A stretch of DNA of 61,523 nucleotides, the filler included, from Platydemus manokwari (Eukaryota): assembly GCA_037951405.1 (NCBI GenBank). It is 5 parts of 5 records of this genome, joined end to end, with 100 filler letters (N's around TTAATTAATTAA, not from the genome) between each part and the next. Parts side by side here need not be neighbours in the genome. Positions count along the whole stretch, not along the records: positions 50,912 to 61,523 come from JBBMOY011119663.1; 4 more parts are not named here. The stretch is one strand, 5' to 3'. Below the pieces are notes generated by a model. That model was not told the origin of the DNA, made no database searches, and worked only from the letters and a program-made list of their open reading frames with translations. This document shows, piece by piece, positions 52,482 through 61,523 of this stretch. Position 1 is the first letter of the stretch; each line of letters opens with the position of its first letter. The translations under genes were made by a program, and so were the position numbers.

Positions 52482-55400
52482 TCACAATTCTTCCAGTCCT
52501 AGAACTTTCGTTCTGATATTCATTGCATCTTGCAACATATGATCTCGTAATTTGAACAAGCTATCAACGATGGCTTCTTGTGTTAATTTTTTGCCATCTT
52601 TATCGACCAATAATTTTGAATCCATGAATGCTGGTGCTACTTCTTGACACAATTTATTGATATACGCCTGTTTATTGTTGCCTTGGGCTGCTAGTACAGT
52701 TTCTTTTGAAAATTCTAACTGTTGTTTCCAATCACTGAGATAAGATGAATTTTTCCTCAGTTTTTCAATATATCTGAAAACACATAAGGCGTGAATCATA
52801 AATAATGGGAAGCATAAGAAGAGGAAGTCATAGTGGGAACCAAAAATATATGGAACCATAAGGAGTGAAAATCATAAATAAAGGGAACCATAAGCAATAG
52901 GAATCATAGGTAATGGGCGCCATAAGGTGTGAATCATAAATAATGGGAACTATAAGGAATAGAAATTATAAATAATGGGCACCATAAAAAGTGGGAATCA
53001 TAAATAATGGGAACGATAAATATTTATTCCTGAAGCTATACCTTTGGTAAATTTCTGAGTGTAATACTCGAGCACTTCGTGATGGTACCGATACAAAGTT
53101 AGCAGGTAATTGATTGACTTCAGGAATAGGTTGAGCTAAAATCGATTATTAACATAAATCAGATCAAATCAGCGTACTGTTTAAACTTTGACTTAGCGTA
53201 AAATTTGGAGATTGGGCAGCTATGTTGGGATTATTTGGATTGTTAAAGCTCGAATTAAACGAAGGATTCGTTGGAATCTGATTCATAGGCAACCCGGTAA
53301 TGTTTTGCATTTGAACAGCTTGTTGTGTGTTTGATAGCTGAGGTGATGGAAATTGATTCATTTTATTCTGGGCCATCATATATTGGGAATTTTGAAATTG
53401 GGCTTGATTATTGATGATAGTTTGGCCATTTTGGTTCTGAGATGCAATTTGATAGATGACCTACACACATATCACAAGAATTGATGATCAATCAATAGCA
53501 TATTATTCGAAATGTGCAAAAAATGAAAACCTGTTGAGAAGTTTGATTTGGTTGTTGAATCATTTGGATTTGTTGTTCGTTACCGGAACTGGCAGTAAAT
53601 TGAACACCATTTGTTGCTCCATTCTGTTGAACATTGGGTGATGATATAAATTGAAGAACTTGACCATTGGATGCTTGGAAATAATGAATGGGCGGATTTT
53701 GATTTTGATGAATAGCATTGGAAGCAGGTGGAAGTAAGGGTTGATTATTTTGAGGAATTTGGATGAAATTTCGCTGATTCTGAGCTGGTGAAGTGGTGAC
53801 ATACATTTGTTGATTAACATTTGGAGGTTGTTGTGGTGATTGTTGAACATCGCTCTCAGTTTTCATGAGTACCATTTGACGTGCCAGAGCATTTTCCTTT
53901 TCAAAATTATGTTTGATTTCCAATGCTCGTCGCTCATAGACATCTTTATCGACTTGAGTGAGATTGCGCCACTTTGAAATATTTACCGATTTCAACACTG
54001 ATTCTTAAATATCAAAATCTTACCAATTGACCCACTTCTTTGCTTATGTCACCAAATTGCGTTTCGGGTTTCTCCTTCAATAATTGTTTTCTTATTTCAC
54101 CAGCATAAAGTACATAACCAGAAGGTGGCTTTCTCAATTTCTTTTTGTTATCATTGAAAAATCATTAAAATATCGGCAAAATTTCAATTGGTTTAGAATG
54201 AGTGTATAATATTATTTATTTCAAATTTAAACAAAACACCCATAAAATTTGTCTTTGCTGTCTTTATTTTCTAATTATCCTTGTTATTATAAATGTAATT
54301 TCAAAATGATTATTTGCGGTAGTGAAATATATTTCAATTTTAGTTAGAGGAAACTAATCAGTATATTTATACAAAAGTGCTTCTTGTTTTAATCGTTGAA
54401 ATATTTTTAATATAATTATAATGAGAATCAGTTCCATTATAAACCTGTGCAGTAGCATATTTTTATATTAATATTGATCTATTGAAAAAGGAGAAAACAG
54501 TTCATTGTCTATAAAAATACCTTTTTTCCTTGTCTCCGTTTACTTCTTCGAATGCTACCCGAAGTCACAGATGCTTCAGATTGCGGATCCCCGTGCAATA
54601 TCGAAGAATCTTTACAATCCTCATTTAAAAATTGTGAAGGTGGATTTATAGGTGGTAATGGGACTTGTGATAAACAATTCATCCTGGTAATATATTCTTG
54701 TCGTATGGGTTCAGTAGAACATTTATATAATAACGGTGATGCTTCCTAGGAGAAATTATAAATATGTGGGATTATTCAGTCAATATATATAATACCCTGA
54801 TTGGTACCAATTCCCTTTTAAAGAAATATATTTCATCATCTAATGCTTTGGTCGATAATTGAGCCTTCTAATAAAAAATGATTGCACATTGAATATTAAT
54901 AACTTTCTACCTTAAGACCCTTTTTTAATTTTCTAGCAACTTTATCTTCGGTAAAGTATTTGAATTCACATATGTAGACATTGTCCTCAGAATATTCAGT
55001 GGGACGATCTGATCAGATCGATAATTTCGTTAAAATTCAAACATTTCTTACATTTACAATAATCCGAAAATGATAAAATAACGCATTTGCCTATTATTGT
55101 GGTCAACAGATGTGTGGCATTGTCAAGAGAACTGAGAAATACTTCTTTACGATAAAATACCTTTGTTGGCATGTGTTCAACATTCATCGCTTTGATGAAC
55201 CAAGGCCCAGAAAAATAAACCACATTCTGTCTATTAAATAAATTGAGTCATCGAATTGTTTCACAAATATTAATAGATAAATAAATAATTAATCATTAAA
55301 AATAATTAACAGTGTTGTGTTCAAATGGTCGAACATTGTTGTAAGGTAGCAACGAGTAAATTAATAAAAAAAATTTTAATTTTATTATATAAATTATCGT

Positions 55401-58400
55401 ATTTACTCTGGATGCTGCAAATAAAAGTGGTATTACGCAATCACACCGAATTTCTCTTGTCAAATATTATAACATTAATCTTTGGAATTTTCTATAAATA
55501 ATTTATTTCTTCACTTAAACCATCACAATGCTACTTAAAGGCATTAAAAAGCTTTAATACATAATAAAACAGTAAATAATTCTTATATTCCATCACATTC
55601 TTTATCTTCACACATATTATTAATCTCTTTACTCTTTGACATAATATAATTCTAAATTATAAAAACCATTTATATCAACAAGAAGCCTCTCATTAAAATT
55701 CTAATAAAGCACAGAGCTTTGAATTTTTACTTGAAGACACTTTAATGTTTATCAAGTTGAACTTGATATATTTTTGTTTAAAGCTATTTAAATAACACTG
55801 TTTACAGTTTACATAGATATCACTGAGTTGTTCCGACATGCTCTGCTATGTATATTCAACAAATATAAGAAAAAACAAACTAATTTTTGTCATTAAAGAT
55901 ATATAAATTAATGTCCTCTTTAACTTGAATGTTTTCACCCAACTTCACAAAAAAATATTAAATGATCAACATCGTTCAGGATATCCTGATATAAAATCAA
56001 AAATGCAATCACAACATGTATCATCGTCAGAGTGATAATGAGGTTGAGTGAACAGATTCAAATCGAATGATGAACGAATCATTATATGGTGGATTTGATG
56101 TCAAATCCCACCGGTAGTGATTATAGGAAGAAACCATGAATCATGTATATAATTAAACTATTCTGTGGAAATCTTCCGTGATTTAATCAGCGAACCCTAA
56201 TAACCTTCACAAGCATAAAACAAATTATTGAGCAACTGTAACTTCAAATTATCGATAATCACCAGAAAATTATAATAAAATAAAAAGTTCTCTAATAATC
56301 AATAATGTTTTTACAATATATTATGAAAACAAAGAATTAAGATTTAAGAGATCATTAAAAGAGTAAAATTAACTCGTAAAAGAAAACAGAAAAAATTGCT
56401 CACATGACATTCTTCCATAATTGATCTATTCGAACGATTTGTACTTTACTCGACGAATCTTTAACATAAACATAATCACCTGAAATTATTAATTTCATTC
56501 ACATTTCTCATCATAGCTGAAATATACTCACCAACTTTGACATTGAAACCATTTTCACACACATATTGATCATAATATACACAACATTCTGTACCTGTTC
56601 GATCTTCTTGTAGTACGTTCTATTCAGTTATCGATAAATTATAAAATAAATCAAATAAAACTTGTACTTCTTTAGTATTTTCAAGAGTAAACGTAAAATC
56701 ATTCTTTTCGAGTTTGATTATTTCCGTTGCAAATGTAGAAAATGTGCGACTCATTACCAATGGCTCTTCACGAGAAACAAAATGATCTTTTATCCCAATA
56801 TTTTTGTAAATAAAACTCTAAATTGCAGCTAATTTTTTAAAGCCAAATCACAATTGGTAAACCTTCAATTTTTTGAATTTATTGTCCAACACCGAATATC
56901 TGCTCTCGCAAACAAAAATATCAGATTCCTTAAATTTCTGAAACATATCAGTGAATCATATATTTTTTTCTACCAAAATGAGAAAACAATTAATTCTACA
57001 GAACAGATGTCTAATTTGAAGGAAATGTTTAGAGTTTAATGGATTCTAATTCACCACTTCGTAGTAGTGAGAAAGCTTCAATAAAAATGCATCATCTACT
57101 GTAGACGTATAAAGACAGATTCGATCATTATCTCCAAAAAAACAAATAAAAATGCTTTTCAATAAATAATTATTTGAAAAATAATTCAAAGATTTACTAA
57201 TAAACGTAAATTGTGCTAATATTCTTGAAAATGAGCAGTTTTTCTTTCAATTACACAACATGTTCGTAGGAATTTTTAAGCAGAAAATAAACATATTTTC
57301 TAAATTCAATTCCATTTTTAATTATTTTAAGGTCAAAATAAGAACGGTAAAACTGTTGAGATTATAATTAGAGTAAAGGAAATGTTCAAAATTATATGAT
57401 ATGAACTCACTTTGCACATGTACTTTATGTGATCTTTAATATACAATACCATGCATTTCCTGACAATTTGATTCAATGGAATAGAATCATAGATTGTTGT
57501 TTGGAAAACCTCATTGTCGAAAAATCTTCGAGTAGGTTTATGCTTAGTTTGACGAGGATGATAATACCATTTGATTCTTATAAGACATCCATCAGAATTG
57601 CTGTCGTCTGTATGGATACCATCAGAATTTGGTACCGTAATGGCAGTTATCTCGCCAACATTACAAATCGGACTACCAGGAAATTGAACTCGTACGAATT
57701 CACCGATTTCAAAACTATTGTCTTGCCTATTAACGGAATCCAACATTCGATAATTATTATCGTTTTTCATCTGAAATTGAAAATAATGGAATTTTATATT
57801 GATTTATAATCCAAAGATTTCATCAGATAAAATCATCAAAGATGACTTCAATGAGAACAATATTTCAAACTTATCTCATTGATCAATAATGCTACATATT
57901 CTCATTGTAAAAATATTCTATAATTGTATCATTATGGTGAGCTTAAATATATATATACATTATCAGAGAAAGCCGACAACTAGTTATTATAATTTTTTAA
58001 TCCAAAGATGTATTGATATAGATAAATTTTGTTGAACTATTTATATCTATGAAATATACCCATGAAATGATTTCTGTAGGATCGATCTAGACATAGATTT
58101 GAACTTATCGATTATTATCATCGTTACATATACCAAAGCGTAATAATAAATTATATATTTGTACATCAATTCCGTTAACTACACCCCCCACTTGTTCCAG
58201 GAAATATGGACTGACCGATTTTACTAAAAACCTAATAAAAGTGATTTAATAATTGATAAGAATTAATTATATTTCACATTTAACAATAAATGAATGTTTT
58301 TTCCTATTTTAAGATTTAATTTTAGTAATATTAAATAAGTTATTAATAGACTATAATAAATAGCAAATTAGATTTTCGGTAAAAGTAATATGAAGCAAGT

Positions 58401-60585
58401 ATTGATATATATATATATATTTCGATATTTGGCAAAAATTATCGACTGATTTTTATTTGAACCAAATCCAATATATTCGTCATTTAAAATACCATTTTAA
58501 ACACTTGAAACCTCGATCTTTTTAATAAAAAAAATAAATTATATTATTCGATATAGTAAATTCCTGAAAAATAAAACATTTATCATCATTTCAGTTGTCA
58601 AAGAAATATTAAAGTTTCCAAAAAATTGTTTGGCGATGTTCAAATATTAATAATAAAAATGGTAATCTCTGGACATACTTGTTCAGTAAATACACGATCC
58701 TGATCACCATCACCAACCAAATCCTGTGATTTTTTTTCCTTGTTTTCTATTTCTAAATCTTGATGAAGATACCGTTCAATATAGTTCAAGGCAGGAGTCA
58801 GTAATATTTCGCCACGCTTACAGTGGACATCTCGTAAAGTGATAAAAATCTTTTGTAACTCAAAAGCGTCTTCGTATGCCTATATAATTGTACAAAAATA
58901 CCCACCTTAATGTGAATTATTAAACAATAAAATCCATACCTGTGAATTTACGGGTGAAACACTGCGAACATGTTTTAGAAATGAAAAAACATCCTCCTGG
59001 AGACGATCCATTCTTTTATATCGCTTTTTATAAAGATCATTCTTTATTGTATTTAAATTCAAGAGACAGCTTTCAATGCTTGAATCAACATTGCTAAAGG
59101 CATTTTCTCCAAAAGGTTTTCGAGTTATCACTTCTCCTTCAATCTCATTCAACGAATCAACCAAAAATCTACCATCTTCATCCGTATAATTATAGAATTG
59201 AGAGAATAACGTGAGCATGATTTCATGAGTGACATCCTGAACGTTTGGAGGATCTGATAAATCATCATCTTTGGTGAGGAAAGCTTTTTTCTCCAAAGAA
59301 ACCTTTAGCAAGATAAGAGCATCCTAAACAAATGGAATTGGTAATTTAAATGAAATAATTTCCCACGAATATGAATCCAAATATAAAAGTACCCGATAAA
59401 TCTGGGAGTCTGGTTCATTGAATGTGCATGCATTATTAAACATCAGCACCAATTCGGACATTAGATCTTCAACAGTATGGTAGCGATCATTGTTAATACG
59501 ATATTGAATCGTTTGTAATTCAATTGGTTTTCGGATAAATTCGTAATATTCAGGCATATCTTGTTTCGAAGGCAATTTGATGAATGGTTCCGATAATAAT
59601 CGACCGTTAATGTCATGATAATCTTTAACGGTTTGAAATATTTCTCGAATCCGAAATTGAGGAGTGCTTTGATTAACTGGTGTGGCAAATACTGGAGACA
59701 AAGCAGCAGAAGGAATACTAACACTTGTTTCACTTCTATTAAGAATTGATAATGAATCAATATCCGATTTGAAAATAGTCAATACTTTTTACGAGATCCC
59801 CGAGAACTATTAGAACTAGCAGCTGCAATGTTTTTAGTTTTCTTTTTCATTATTTTTTCTAATGTCACTGCATCTTTAAAAACTTGAGACGATTGCTCAT
59901 TATAATGTTTAGCATTGCTAAACATCAGTTTCAAATCCTCAACCAAATCGGTGTGTGATTCGTACTAGTAACCATTAGAGGAACAATTATTAGTAATATT
60001 CCAATGAGTTTAATAAATAATTACTTTTTTCTCATCAATTTTTTTACGAATCATAGTTAAATCTATTGGGTCTGGGATAACTTTATAATAGTCTGGATAT
60101 TGATCGCGACTAGGAAGAGTCATGAAAATATCTCTTAGATATCTATTGTCTTCTTGGTAACCATAAATTGACTGGAACAAGTTATTAATACGTTTTTGCT
60201 TCAATTCTTCAGGAGTCATTGGAGGTCTGGTTCGACGAGGAGTTGGAGTCGTTACATTGGTGTTTATTTTGCTAAACGAACTTTGTCGTTTTTTATTGGA
60301 ATTTTCACTCGAGTACTACAAGCATTACAACAATTTAAACAATGAATTTATTAACTGGGAAGCTCCATTATAGAAAATTTTGCGTATAATATTTTAAAAC
60401 TTTTCGTTATCTAGAAATTCGATTGAATTGATATCAATTTAAACATTGACAGACACATCGAAATAAATACACATTTATTACAGACAACGAAAAGTATTTT
60501 TAGGTCGCATTACCTTGAAAATTTCTGGAAGAATAGCGGGTAATGATTGTGGAATGAGTGGCAATAGTTCATCCATATAATCATC
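52482..60585 (-). CDS. PBRM1: Polybromo-1 (BAF180, PBAF subunit); multi-exon, 5' part outside the window
   Basis: In transcript order: bromodomain (FMTLPSRDQYPDYYKVIPDPIDL, ~60020-60220), bromodomain (GRLLSEPFIKLPSKQDMPEYYEFIRKP, ~59390-59700), degenerate last bromodomain (DEDGRFLVDSLNEI...RYKRMDRLQED...RGEILLTPALNY), BAH1 (WYYHPRQTKHKPTRRFFDNEVF), BAH2 (KVFYRKEVFLS), HMG box (PPSGYVLYAGEIRK...FGDISKEVGQLWRNL) and C-terminal VLHSEIYQRYIE...LFKLRDHMLQDAMNIR. GT-AG introns throughout. Confidence 0.96.
52783..53020. repeat. Degenerate minisatellite (~15/30-bp period) filling the last PBRM1 intron
   Basis: Alternating GAATCATAAATAATG / GGAACCATAAGGAGT units, about 8 dimer copies. Confidence 0.85.
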
Positions 60586-61523
60586 CTAATTTGTTCAAAA
60601 GAAATTTTACTATAAAAATTATTATATTTGTTGTATTATATATAAATCAATCGAAAGGGTGAAAATGGTAATTATGATTTCATTATTCGACTGTAAAATA
60701 TACCAGTTATACTTCCACGAAAAATTTGTTCAATAATGATAGAAATCCATCCATATATTATATCTAGATCATAAATAGAATCACAAAACTGTAAATTGAA
60801 ATTGTTTGTGATCAACTTATATTCAGATTGAAATCAAAGCAAAAATTTTGAATTTATTAAATCATTAGAATAATGATTTCAAATATATTCAATAAATATT
60901 TTATAACTTTAATAGGTATCATACATAAAATATAGATAGATAATTTCCACCATGTACAACATCGATAATTAAAGTTACTATTACTTATGAAATCTTTTTG
61001 CTGTTAATTTTTCTTGTTTTGGAAATATTTTCTGTATCAAACCTTTTATTATTAAATATTTTTAAAAAACTTTATTTTAATTAAACTTAAACATGCAAAT
61101 TTTAAAAGCATTGAAATTTTTCAAGTTTGTGTTTTGTGATAATCTAAATTTACAAGTGTTTCACATAAAATTATTTAACCAGAATTATAATCAAAAAGAA
61201 ATTTATATATAGAACAAACAAACAAATATGATACAACGAACAAGCAATGAGGTTTCTTATTTATAATATCCTTTTATAGCATCGTTTCTGATTGGTCTTT
61301 TTCATGGCCATATGTTCCGAAAAAATCATGTGTGCAGTTGATGTCTTTATGCAAAATTTACGATATATTTTATATGAATCCATACGTCACATGCATCAGA
61401 ACGCTGTTAAAATTCTACAATACATTTCTATGTGTTTCCAGCGTTGTAGTATTTTTAAAAGTCTCATCTTACAAATATAATCCATTAAACACAAATGGGA
61501 TAATTACTATTTAATAAATTGAA

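Noticed and set aside
52783-53020. CRISPR-like appearance of the ~30-bp periodic repeat
   Set aside because: Units are degenerate and contiguous with no unique spacers, lie in a spliceosomal intron, and there are no cas genes.

Overview
Very AT-rich eukaryotic (metazoan) draft-assembly DNA with short GT-AG introns. The composition, intron sizes and orphan GPCR type suggest a flatworm, probably a planarian (inference only). Four identical synthetic 100-bp spacers (N44-TTAATTAATTAA-N44) and one 146-N gap split the window into six blocks whose adjacency is not guaranteed. Supported genes: the last exon of a conventional protein kinase C (PKC-betaI-like tail, absent from the ORF track), the 3' exons of an unidentified proline-rich protein with a WH2-like motif, an internal part of CC2D2A/MKS6, an intronless ~810-aa protein with a degenerate KH-like domain, an intronless orphan rhodopsin-class GPCR, and the 3' part of polybromo-1 (PBRM1). 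The rest is largely decayed transposons: mariner, Tc1/maT, Tigger/pogo, a two-copy hAT MITE, an RLE-type (R2/NeSL-like) non-LTR retroelement, an RTE LINE fragment and LTR-like pieces. The best candidate for something undescribed is the KH-like gene: its 3' flank carries a C-rich (G-quadruplex on the opposite strand) element that is striking in this AT-rich background. I found no CRISPR array, rRNA or convincing tRNA/snRNA. No database search could be run; family calls come from recalled motifs.
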